A stretch of 64,000 nucleotides of DNA from an uncultured delta proteobacterium. GTDB taxonomy: Bacteria; Desulfobacterota; RBG-13-43-22. A program made the translations under genes and the position numbers. Positions 48,947 to 57,230 of the stretch are shown one piece after another. The notes below the pieces were generated by a model. The model worked only from the letters and a program-made list of their open reading frames with translations. It made no database searches and had not been told where the DNA came from. The stretch lies in contig CAWDKY010000014.1 of NCBI GenBank assembly GCA_963802945.1, positions 96,001-160,000 on the forward strand. The letters are read 5' to 3'. Numbering within the stretch: position 1 is the first letter of the stretch; each line of letters starts with the position of its first letter.

Positions 48947-50581
48947 TTAGGGGGCCATCCTAGAAAGATCGGTAGGGACGGTACGGAGCGACAGGGGTTC
49001 AACCAATTTTGAAATCTCGATGTTTTTCAGCCAGAGCTTGTTGTTCTCCTCCGGATAATCGGACCGGTAATGGGCGCCTCTGCTCTCGGTCCTTTTAAGG
49101 GAGGAGCGCACTACCATGTCCGAGACCTTTAACATATTCTCCAATTCAAAGGCACCAAAAAGATCTTGGGCACTGCTGATGGAGATCATTTTAAACCGTG
49201 CTTTCAGATCGGTGATCTTATCAAGAGCTGTTTGAAGCCCTTCTTCATTTCTTATGATTCCTACCTTGTTCCACATGGTGGTTTTTAGAAGATGCCCTAT
49301 TTCTTTGATCCCTTCCCCTCCGTCTGAGGAGGCCATCGCCCTGAGCCGGTCCACCTCTTTGGAAATTTCTTTTTGGGCCTCAGGGGCTTTTTTTTCTGCC
49401 CTGGCCCTTTGAGCCGCTTTCTGACCGGCGATTTTTCCGAAAACAAAAGTCTCGGCCAGGGCATTGCCTCCAAGCCTGTTCGCTCCGTTGACACCGGCAC
49501 AGACTTCTCCGGCCGCGTAAAGACGGTCAATTCCGGTTTCGGTCCCTTCATCAATTTTCGCCCCGCCCATAAAAAAGTGGGCATAGAGACCGACAGGGAA
49601 ATGCCTTTTGTCCGGCGGGGTGTTTTTAGGCAATAGAACGCTTAATTTCTCAAACCGCCCCGCATCTAAAGGCGTGGTGTCCAGAGTCAGGGTTTCTCCG
49701 TCATTGGAATGGCCGGCCTGGATTTCCAGCATGATGGCCCTGGAGATGGCATCCCGGGTCATCTTGACCGGGTCGCTTATAGCGTACTTTTCCAGAATAT
49801 TCTCCTCCAGAGCGTTTCGGATAACCGCTCCCTCTCGGGCACAGAACATTTCGGCGTTGGGGCCGGAAACGGAAAACTGTACAAACTCCATATCCATCAT
49901 GGGAACTCCTACCTCAAAGGCCAGAACATAGCCATCACCAGTGGAGCCCGCCGCATTGCTGGTTCGGAGATAAATTTGTCCTCCTCCTCCCAAGGCTAAA
50001 ACGATCGATCGGGCCTTGAAAATATAAACACCGCCGGCCTCATCCAGACCCACAGCCCCGGTCGCTTCATTTCCTTGAACCAGAAGCCCGGTAATCAGCA
50101 CACCCGACCTATGGGCAATACCTTTATTTATCGCGTAATCTCGCAAGGGCAGGGTGAGATCAGTGCCGACCGCCTTATCGCCAAAGACATTCCTGGGATG
50201 GGTATGCCCGGCCATAAGTGCCATATGAAAGGTTTCTCCCTGCTTTCTAAATCGAACCCCGAAGCTTTCCAGTTCCAGCACCAGCGGTCCGATCTCTTGA
50301 GTCAACACTTCAACCAGACGCTGGTTGTTCATGTACCTTCCCCCGATGATGGTGTCCTTGAAATGCAAAGCCGGGGAATCCGCAGGCACCCTCCACCCGG
50401 TGCCCGCGGCAATGCCGCTGCCCGATATGGCGGTATTGTTTCCCAGCCCGATTTTGGACTTGGAGATCAGCAGCACTTCGGCCCCGAATTTTCTGGCCTC
50501 GATGGCCGCTCTAAGTCCTGCCGCCCCGCTTCCAAGAATCAGGACCTCGGTTTCGATTGTTTGAGGGATTTTCAACTCCAT
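48947..50581 (-). CDS. Orphan SdhA/FrdA/NadB-family flavoprotein
   Basis: LGSGAAGLRAA, STGDG, MEFVQF, HFFMGG, AAGEV, GANRLGGNAL, RTESRGAHYR. Confidence 0.85.
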   Translation of the reverse strand: MELKIPQTIETEVLILGSGAAGLRAAIEARKFGAEVLLISKSKIGLGNNTAISGSGIAAGTGWRVPADSPALHFKDTIIGGRYMNNQRLVEVLTQEIGPLVLELESFGVRFRKQGETFHMALMAGHTHPRNVFGDKAVGTDLTLPLRDYAINKGIAHRSGVLITGLLVQGNEATGAVGLDEAGGVYIFKARSIVLALGGGGQIYLRTSNAAGSTGDGYVLAFEVGVPMMDMEFVQFSVSGPNAEMFCAREGAVIRNALEENILEKYAISDPVKMTRDAISRAIMLEIQAGHSNDGETLTLDTTPLDAGRFEKLSVLLPKNTPPDKRHFPVGLYAHFFMGGAKIDEGTETGIDRLYAAGEVCAGVNGANRLGGNALAETFVFGKIAGQKAAQRARAEKKAPEAQKEISKEVDRLRAMASSDGGEGIKEIGHLLKTTMWNKVGIIRNEEGLQTALDKITDLKARFKMISISSAQDLFGAFELENMLKVSDMVVRSSLKRTESRGAHYRSDYPEENNKLWLKNIEISKLVEPLSLRTVPTDLSRMAP

Positions 50582-50880
50582 ATTTTTCTCCTTAAAAAAA
50601 TTATCTCCCACATCTATTTTTTATCGAAGTAATTTTTACACGGATGACTGAAGGAAAGCAAAAGAAAACTAGTGATCAAAAAGTAGTCACAGCACCTATT
50701 TAGTATCAGCGAAAAGAAACGAGAAGAGGATAAAGGGGAAAATCCTTTGTATTTAAAATATGTTATTTTAAACTATCATTTTCCCCTTGCCTTTTTCTTG
50801 AAAATTGACCAAAACATTATTGTAAAAAAGCTTTGACTTCCCTATCAGGTGTGACGGCTCCGCAAAAATCCACCCTTTTT

Positions 50881-50972
50881 GTCATTCCTGCCAAAACAGG
50901 AATCCAGGAAGATGAAGTAGTTTTGGACCCCTGCGCCTGCCCCGGACGAGATCCGGGGTTCTCAGGGATGAC
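50881..50972. repeat. GTCA...TGAC palindromic REP-like element (copy 4)
   Basis: GTCATTCCTGCC...GGAATCCAG ... TGGACCCC...CAGGGATGAC. Confidence 0.7.
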
Positions 50973-51047
50973 GGTCTAGGTGGTATTTGGCCCATTCATC
51001 AGGAACAGGGAAGCTTGAGAAGTTAAACTAACGAAGGAGGAAGATAG

Positions 51048-52157
51048 ATGGCTGATTTTACATTAGATGAAGACCAGAAGCAGATTCAAGACATGATGCG
51101 CAAATTTGCCGAGAAGGAGCTGAGGCCGATGGCCCGGGATTGCGATGAGAAAGACGAGCTGCCGGCCGAGCTTTTGGCCAAGGTCTGGGAGCTGGGATTT
51201 TGTCCCAATATTATTCCCGAGAAATTTGGGGGATACGAGATGGGCCGCTCGGCGCTCAATGCGGCCATTATGGCCGAAGAACTGGCCTGGGGGGATGTTA
51301 GTCTGTCCATAGGGGCCTTATCACCCCTGTTGATGGCCATACCGGTTCTGGAATATGGGACCGAGGAACAGAAAGAGGAATGGCTGCCTAAGTTTTGCGG
51401 AGAGAAGTTTTTTCCGGCGACTGCGGCCTTGATGGAGAAGCGGATCACCTTTGAACCGACCATACTGCATACCACGGTGGAGATGCAGAAGGATGTGATG
51501 GTTGTGAACGGGGCCAAATGCATGGTGCCGTTAGCCGACCAGGCGGAACAGATCCTGGTGTATGCCGCCACGGCCAAAGGGGCCGGGGCAGCGGCCATCG
51601 AAGCGATTATTGTGGACAAAAACACGCCAGGGGTGAGTGTAGGGGAACGGGAGAAGAACATGGGTTTCAAGCCATTGCCTCTTTTTCCGGTCACTTTCAA
51701 GGATGTTGAGGTACCCATTGCCCGGCGGCTGGGGGGGGATAAAGGGATCAACTTCATGAGACTTTTGAATCTCTCCCGGGCCAATCTGTGTGCCATGGCC
51801 GTGGGGGTATCGCGGGCCTCGAATGAGTATGCGATCAAATATGCCAAGGAGCGAATTGCCTTTGGGGAGCCGATAGCCAGCCGGCAGGCGGTGGCCTGGA
51901 TGCTGGGGGAATCGGCCATCGAAGTGGCCGGGATGCGGTTGATGGTCTGGCGGACGGCCTGGCGGCTGGACCGGCAAGAGGATGCGACCCGGGACGCTGG
52001 ACTGACCAAGATGTATTGTGCCGACAAGACGATGCTGATCACGGATTACGGGGTACAGGTTTTGGGCGGACATGGATATATACGCGAACATCCGGTGGAG
52101 TTATGGTTCAGGAACGGCCGTGGTTTTGACACCATGGAAGGACTGGCCATCGGCTGA
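51048..52157 (+). CDS. Acyl-CoA dehydrogenase family protein (FadE24-like)
   Basis: EELAWGD, ERIAFGEPIASRQAV, GVQVLGGHGYIREHPVELWFR. Confidence 0.9.
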   Translation: MADFTLDEDQKQIQDMMRKFAEKELRPMARDCDEKDELPAELLAKVWELGFCPNIIPEKFGGYEMGRSALNAAIMAEELAWGDVSLSIGALSPLLMAIPVLEYGTEEQKEEWLPKFCGEKFFPATAALMEKRITFEPTILHTTVEMQKDVMVVNGAKCMVPLADQAEQILVYAATAKGAGAAAIEAIIVDKNTPGVSVGEREKNMGFKPLPLFPVTFKDVEVPIARRLGGDKGINFMRLLNLSRANLCAMAVGVSRASNEYAIKYAKERIAFGEPIASRQAVAWMLGESAIEVAGMRLMVWRTAWRLDRQEDATRDAGLTKMYCADKTMLITDYGVQVLGGHGYIREHPVELWFRNGRGFDTMEGLAIG

Positions 52158-52240
52158 TCAAAGAAGAAAAATACAGAACTATACCCTGATATCATACAGA
52201 ACGAAGCTGAAACAGGCTTCCAGCAATAAGGAGGAAGAAC

Positions 52241-53416
52241 ATGATTGATTTTTCATTTACGCCCAAAACGTTAAAAGCCAAAAAGAAATCCAAAGAAGCA
52301 GCAGAATTTTTAAAAAGCATTACCCGCTATTACGATGAATATGAACATGAAGAATTAAAGGAAAACGAAATAAAGACGGCCAAAGAATATGGAAAAGCCG
52401 TCATGGATATATTGGCCGAGCCCGGTCCGGGGGATGGCCAGTTCCTGACGGGAATTATCAACAGCGAAGAGCGTTGCACCGGAGACCCGATGATGTCCCA
52501 GACCGTGGCCAATTTCGGACTCGGCAATGCGGCTATCCGGGCCGTAGCCACACCGGAACAGAAAGAACGCTTCGGTAATTTATTTTGTGCCATGGCTATC
52601 ACCGAACCCGGTTTCGGGTCCGATACGGCCGCTGTATCCACCACCGCCAAACTCGATCCTGAAACAAACGAGTGGATTCTGAATGGCGAGAAGATCTTCG
52701 TGACCTCGGGTAAACGTTGCAATGCCGTAGTAGCCTGGGCCACGCTGGATAAAAGCAAGGGACGGGCGGCCATTAAAAGTTTTGTGGTCGAAAAATTTCG
52801 CAAGGGGTGTACGTTGACCAAGCTGGAACATAAGTTAGGAATCAGGGTATCGGACACCGCCTCGATTGTTTTCGAAGACTGCCGCATCCCCTATGACAAC
52901 ATCCTGGGTTCGCCGGAGATTAAAGAAGCCAAGGGCGGACAGGTGGGTGTCCTGGCCACCTTCGACGCCACCAGACCGGGAGTGGCCTCTCAGGCCATCG
53001 GTGTGGCCAGGGCTGCCCTGGAGTTCACCAAAGAGAAACTGGAAGAGGCGGGAGTTACCTTTCCCTACGACCGTGGTATTCATTCGTTGAGCGCCGTTCA
53101 GAAAGAAATACTGGATATGGAGGCCAATCTTGAGGCGGCCCGACTTCTGGTCTGGCAATCGGCCTCTATGCTCGACAAGGCCCTCCGAAACAGTCTGGAA
53201 TCCTCCATGGGAAAGGCCAAAGCCGGCAAGGCAGCCTCGCAGGTTTGCCAGAGATGCGTGGCCCTGCTCGGGCCTCTTGGCTACTCCCGTGAATGGCTGG
53301 CGGAAAAATGGATGCGGGATGTCAAAATCAACGACATTTTCGAGGGAACCGGTCAGATCCAGATGCTGGTGGTCTGCCGTCAGATCCTGGGGTTTTCGCG
53401 CAATCAGTTAAAGTAA
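52241..53416 (+). CDS. Acyl-CoA dehydrogenase (FadE23-like)
   Basis: AMAITEPGFGSD, LNGEKIFVT, KLGIRVSDT, EKWMRDVKINDIFEGTGQIQ. Confidence 0.92.
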   Translation: MIDFSFTPKTLKAKKKSKEAAEFLKSITRYYDEYEHEELKENEIKTAKEYGKAVMDILAEPGPGDGQFLTGIINSEERCTGDPMMSQTVANFGLGNAAIRAVATPEQKERFGNLFCAMAITEPGFGSDTAAVSTTAKLDPETNEWILNGEKIFVTSGKRCNAVVAWATLDKSKGRAAIKSFVVEKFRKGCTLTKLEHKLGIRVSDTASIVFEDCRIPYDNILGSPEIKEAKGGQVGVLATFDATRPGVASQAIGVARAALEFTKEKLEEAGVTFPYDRGIHSLSAVQKEILDMEANLEAARLLVWQSASMLDKALRNSLESSMGKAKAGKAASQVCQRCVALLGPLGYSREWLAEKWMRDVKINDIFEGTGQIQMLVVCRQILGFSRNQLK

Positions 53417-53439
53417 AAATACTTTTTCTATTTTAAACT

Positions 53440-53490
53440 AAAACAGGTAACCCCCGAGGTTTTTAGTTCTTGGAGTTACCTGTTTTTTTT
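53440..53490. terminator. Probable bidirectional terminator
   Basis: AAAACAGGTAAC...GTTACCTGTTTTTTTT between convergent genes. Confidence 0.75.
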
Positions 53491-53567
53491 ACCTTCCCGA
53501 AAAGTATTAAACGTTAGCTGATCCAGGACTTAGGTTCAGGGTAAACGGTGTACGGGTTTTTTCTAAT

Positions 53568-54335
53568 TTACTTCCAACCGCCGCGTGCCCCGCGTCCCAT
53601 ACCTAAGGGGCCGACCGGCCAGTTAAAACCCGTGGTCATCACGATATCGATATCCTCGGCCGTGGCCAGGCCCTCTTCCACAATTTTGTTACATTCGGCT
53701 CTTAAGGCACGATAAACCCGGTTGCCGATGAAACCAGTGTCCCCTGGCCTGTCTTTGACTTTTACTGGCATCTTTCCCCATCTGCGTCCCAGCTCCATGG
53801 TGATTTCGATTACCTCAGGCATCACATCCTTTGTCCAGATGACTTCACAGCCTTTCATGACGTTGGCCGGGCTGAAGAAGTGCATACCGATGAAACGATC
53901 CTTACGGGTCGTCACTGCCGCCAGATCGGCGATGGTGAAGAATGAGGTGTTGCTGGCGAAAATGGCCTCCTTCTTGACGACTTTGTCCATTTCGCTGAAC
54001 ACCTTGATCTTGACGCCCTTGTCTTCCATCACACCGGTTGTTCCGCCGATGGCCTCGATCATGAAATCTACGTTTTTTAAATCATCGACCTTACTGGTTA
54101 CCGTGAAAAGGGACAAGGCTTTGTCCGCCTGTTCCTTGGTCAACTTGCCCCGCTGAACTGCGCCGGCCAAGCCAAAACGGCCGTTGGCAACGCTATCTCT
54201 GGTTTTGGCCACGATTTCGTCGGTCAGATCACGGCAAATAACTTTGTACCCGGCCAGGATCGCCGATTGACTGATCCCTTGTCCCATCAGACCACCACCA
54301 AGCACACCGATTGTTTTGATGTCATTAATGTTCAT
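53568..54335 (-). CDS. 3-hydroxyacyl-CoA dehydrogenase family protein (short C-domain)
   Basis: GGGLMGQGI, ASNTS, GMHFFSP, GFIGNR, TGFNWPVGP. Confidence 0.9.
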   Translation of the reverse strand: MNINDIKTIGVLGGGLMGQGISQSAILAGYKVICRDLTDEIVAKTRDSVANGRFGLAGAVQRGKLTKEQADKALSLFTVTSKVDDLKNVDFMIEAIGGTTGVMEDKGVKIKVFSEMDKVVKKEAIFASNTSFFTIADLAAVTTRKDRFIGMHFFSPANVMKGCEVIWTKDVMPEVIEITMELGRRWGKMPVKVKDRPGDTGFIGNRVYRALRAECNKIVEEGLATAEDIDIVMTTGFNWPVGPLGMGRGARGGWK

Positions 54336-54537
54336 TGCTGCTCCTCCTTTTTGGTTTTTTCTTCATTGCTTATTGATTCAAAAGGTATAAAGAAAATAGA
54401 TTATCTGTCAAGGAAATTTTTTAGAAGAAAAAAAGGACAGAAGGCGCCTTCACAAGAAAATCGGACAATGCAGACAAGACCCCCCTAATAGGTTTCTTTC
54501 TTGAGGAACTCCGTAAGAATCCTTTTTGTAATGGTAT

Positions 54538-54719
54538 TTGACAAATTATCCATATAATACGAATATCGTTTTATCTCTTTATTTTCATTAAATACGAATT
54601 TGTGTAGATATGTATCTCTTTATTATTATGTAAATTTTACCTGTTATCAAATAGGATGGTGTGTTATAATATTATGTAAAACATCGGGGAAAAAGAACTT
54701 CGTATGTTAATTGTTCGGC
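54538..54719 (+). promoter_or_regulatory. AT-rich promoter/attI-like region heading the cassette array
   Basis: Direct repeats TATCTCTTTATT (54572, 54613) and ATTATGTAAA (54625, 54671); extended -10 TGtTATAAT at 54662; core site GTTCGGC at 54713. Confidence 0.5.
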
Positions 54720-54732
54720 AGAGGGAATAATT

Positions 54733-55335
54733 ATGAAACAAACCATTTCACCACTCTACAAAGATGATGAGGGGATTCAGAGGGTTATTCTGAATCCCAA
54801 GGTTCCTATACCGATGCAAGTATGCAATGCCTGCTGGAATATTCTCGACAATGATACAGCGTATTGTCGTAGGTGCGGTAATGTTGGCACAGTGTTTTCT
54901 ACCGCAAGTGCAGTTCATCAAAAATGCTTCAGTCATGAGTCGAAAAGCGCTGTCCATTTTTGCAATTATTGTAGCAGGCCGTTTTGTGAAGAATGTTTGG
55001 AGATCAACAAGGAAAGCATCTTGGCAATGGGTATGTATTCATATTATTGCCACCTCTGTCTTTCAGACATTGAAAGAATAAAGCAACAACATTCAGGTAG
55101 AGATAAGACTATTTGTTCCAGGCACACCGACCGGCATGCAACGCTGACTTGTGTGGCCTGTGGGGAAAGAGTTTGTTCATTTTGCGCATATCATCCGATT
55201 GTAGGGTTGTTTAGAAAGCGGGTCGAAGATAGAATCTTCTGTTTTTCTTGTATCAGAGGTCTTATCTATGAGCGTAAGTTCAAATATAGCGTAATTGATC
55301 AGTTCGTAAAGGTGTTTGAGCAATATATATTTTGA
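54733..55335 (+). CDS. Cassette 1: Cys-rich protein with zinc ribbon and two B-box-like fingers
   Basis: CxxC..CxxC, then twice CxxH-x8-CxxC-x4-CxxC...CxxC. Confidence 0.7.
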   Translation: MKQTISPLYKDDEGIQRVILNPKVPIPMQVCNACWNILDNDTAYCRRCGNVGTVFSTASAVHQKCFSHESKSAVHFCNYCSRPFCEECLEINKESILAMGMYSYYCHLCLSDIERIKQQHSGRDKTICSRHTDRHATLTCVACGERVCSFCAYHPIVGLFRKRVEDRIFCFSCIRGLIYERKFKYSVIDQFVKVFEQYIF

Positions 55336-55347
55336 TGATTTGAAGTG

Positions 55348-55406
55348 ACCGAACGCGAGTCGTTCCACCGGATCACGTACCGCTCCCCGTGATTCGGGCG
55401 TTCGGC
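55348..55406 (+). mobile_element. Integron attC site 1 (59 bp)
   Basis: R'' ACCGAAC just after the stop; GTTCCACC/CGTGATT inner boxes (degenerate); R' GTTCGGC. Confidence 0.7.
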
Positions 55407-55460
55407 GTAGCGGACAAATTCCCCACTTTTGGGGCATGCTTCAAGGCGGAGTGATTTGAG

Positions 55461-56007
55461 ATGTCTGATCAACAAATCGGAAAGAAGATGCTGGAAGGGT
55501 TCGAGTTGGAACCGTTTCTGGAGGCCTACAAATGGGTAACGGGTGATGCTCTTAGAGTAGCCGAGGCCAACGACAGCCCTGACTTTATTTGTGAACGTCC
55601 TGACGGCAGTCGGGTGGGTGTCGAATTGACAAAGGTCACCCGTGACAAGAATCTTATCTTTGCTGAAAAGGTTCTGGATAGAAAATATAAGATTGACCCT
55701 TATGAGGCAACCGACATTATTCACTACTTGCTGGAAAGGAAAGAGGAAAGCAGAGCTGCCCGCTATGTACTGAAGGCGGCGAAAAACATGCTCGTACTTC
55801 AAGCTTGTCGATGGCAGCCTTGATAATATCATGTGGGTTTTTGACAGGCTACAAGATGATTTTGTTGACCATGGATTCGAAGAGGTATGGCTTGCCGATT
55901 ATTCTGGATATGAGGCCTATGGTGATATTGAGCTGTTCGGTCTCTTTCCTGCCCAATGGTGGGGTTATCACCAGCGTCCGTGCCCATATCGAAAACCATA
56001 TGGTTAA
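55461..56007 (+). CDS. Cassette 2: PD-(D/E)xK-like hypothetical protein; frameshift at ~55803
   Basis: SPDFICE...VGVELT motif; the +1 frame continues LVDGSLD...GFEEVWLAD...RKPYG* to 56007. Confidence 0.65.
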
Positions 56008-56012
56008 AAGGT

Positions 56013-56078
56013 GCCGAACAAGGCGCTGAACCCGATCGTGGCCCTGTCGGGCCACTCCCGGTGAGTTTCTTGTTAGGC
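56013..56078 (+). mobile_element. Integron attC site 2 (66 bp)
   Basis: GCCGAAC-N5-GCTGAACC-[GTGGCCC..GGGCCAC]-GGTGAGT-N5-GTTAGGC. Confidence 0.85.
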
Positions 56079-56088
56079 AATATTAAAA

Positions 56089-56652
56089 ATGTCAAAAATA
56101 CAAAAAGATTTCGAGCTGTTGAGAAAGCACTGCATTGAGTTGAGGCAGAATTTCAATACTTACGCAGAATTGTTCAATGAAGAGAACCGAGAAATTCTGT
56201 CAAGGGTAGCAGCTACTTTTTTTTCAGATATCGCAGAAATTATGCAACGAGATTGGATCCTTCAAGCTTGTAAATTAATGGATCTAGCCATCACAAAACG
56301 GAAAAGGATTGAATTAGAAAATATAACAATCCGATTAATTAATAATCAGCTAAAAACCTGCTTATTATTAACTCAGGAAATTCAAAAAGTAACAGAATCA
56401 ATTTTGAAGTTCGGAGAAAAAATCAAACCTGCCCGACATAAAAGGTTAGCACACTATGATAGAGAGCATCAGGTAAAAGGGATAACTTTAGGGCAAATAT
56501 CTGAGGAAGAACTCTTAAATTTCATGAAAGATATACAACAGTACTGCGATTTAGTTGGAAACGCTATAGGAGTTGGGCCACTGGATTTCTCTAATTCAAG
56601 CTGTAAAGGTGATGTATTAGATTTTCTAAAAGTTCTGCATGAAAAAGTATAA
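56089..56652 (+). CDS. Cassette 3: HEPN-like (AbiU2-type) protein
   Basis: Helical-looking protein with RHKRLAH (R-x5-H) motif and upstream CKLMD; AT-rich. Confidence 0.7.
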   Translation: MSKIQKDFELLRKHCIELRQNFNTYAELFNEENREILSRVAATFFSDIAEIMQRDWILQACKLMDLAITKRKRIELENITIRLINNQLKTCLLLTQEIQKVTESILKFGEKIKPARHKRLAHYDREHQVKGITLGQISEEELLNFMKDIQQYCDLVGNAIGVGPLDFSNSSCKGDVLDFLKVLHEKV

Positions 56653-56655
56653 GTT

Positions 56656-56710
56656 TCCTAACATTCACATCCATCGGACACTAAACGCGCCGGTGATTTA
56701 AGCGTTATTA
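56656..56710 (+). mobile_element. Integron attC site 3 (55 bp)
   Basis: TCCTAAC-N5-CATCCATC...GGTGATT-N5-GTTATTA. Confidence 0.75.
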
Positions 56711-57217
56711 AGGTTGAATGAGGAGAGAGGTCAAGCGCCCCTCAGCCCTGCCCACTCCATGCCTGGTAAAACGGCAATCCAGCATATTTCTCCGGTGACT
56801 CGGGTTATGCAGCCAGATCTCGTAAACTTCTTTTCCGGTTTTTGGACCAGAAGCGATATTTTCGGCGGCTGCGGAGAAAACAAGATTCGCCGCTTCCAGC
56901 CGGTCGAAAGGATCTTTGCCGTCAGGATTGGTGTGACTGAAAAAGTTCCGTGAAGCCATGTCCCGGCTATGGTTAAACGCGACGACCGCAATCCGGTCAT
57001 CCCACTTCAATTCCGGACAACCAATATTCTGCCGCCGGGCATTAACACAACGTATAAATTCCCGGATCTCGGGATCAACAGGGCCGGACCGGATCGGTTC
57101 TTCTTTGGAATAGCCCGAAGAAAACAAAAAAACCAGAATCAGAATACTGACTGCCGGCAGATACTTCAAGTGCCCCTTGCCGATTACATTTGAGCAAACC
57201 GGAACCTTTCTTTTCAT
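56708..57217 (-). CDS. CAP/SCP-domain protein
   Basis: VNARR, HSRDMASRNFFSH, AENIA, WLHNPSHRRNML. Confidence 0.88.
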   Translation of the reverse strand: MKRKVPVCSNVIGKGHLKYLPAVSILILVFLFSSGYSKEEPIRSGPVDPEIREFIRCVNARRQNIGCPELKWDDRIAVVAFNHSRDMASRNFFSHTNPDGKDPFDRLEAANLVFSAAAENIASGPKTGKEVYEIWLHNPSHRRNMLDCRFTRHGVGRAEGRLTSLLIQP

Positions 57218-57230
57218 AAAGAAGCCGGAG

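Noticed and set aside
51086-52042. 318-aa minus-strand ORF (also 62888-63793, 59760-60578, 46604-47305 and many shorter ones)
   Set aside because: Antisense shadows of well-supported genes; no recognisable motifs or ribosome-binding sites.
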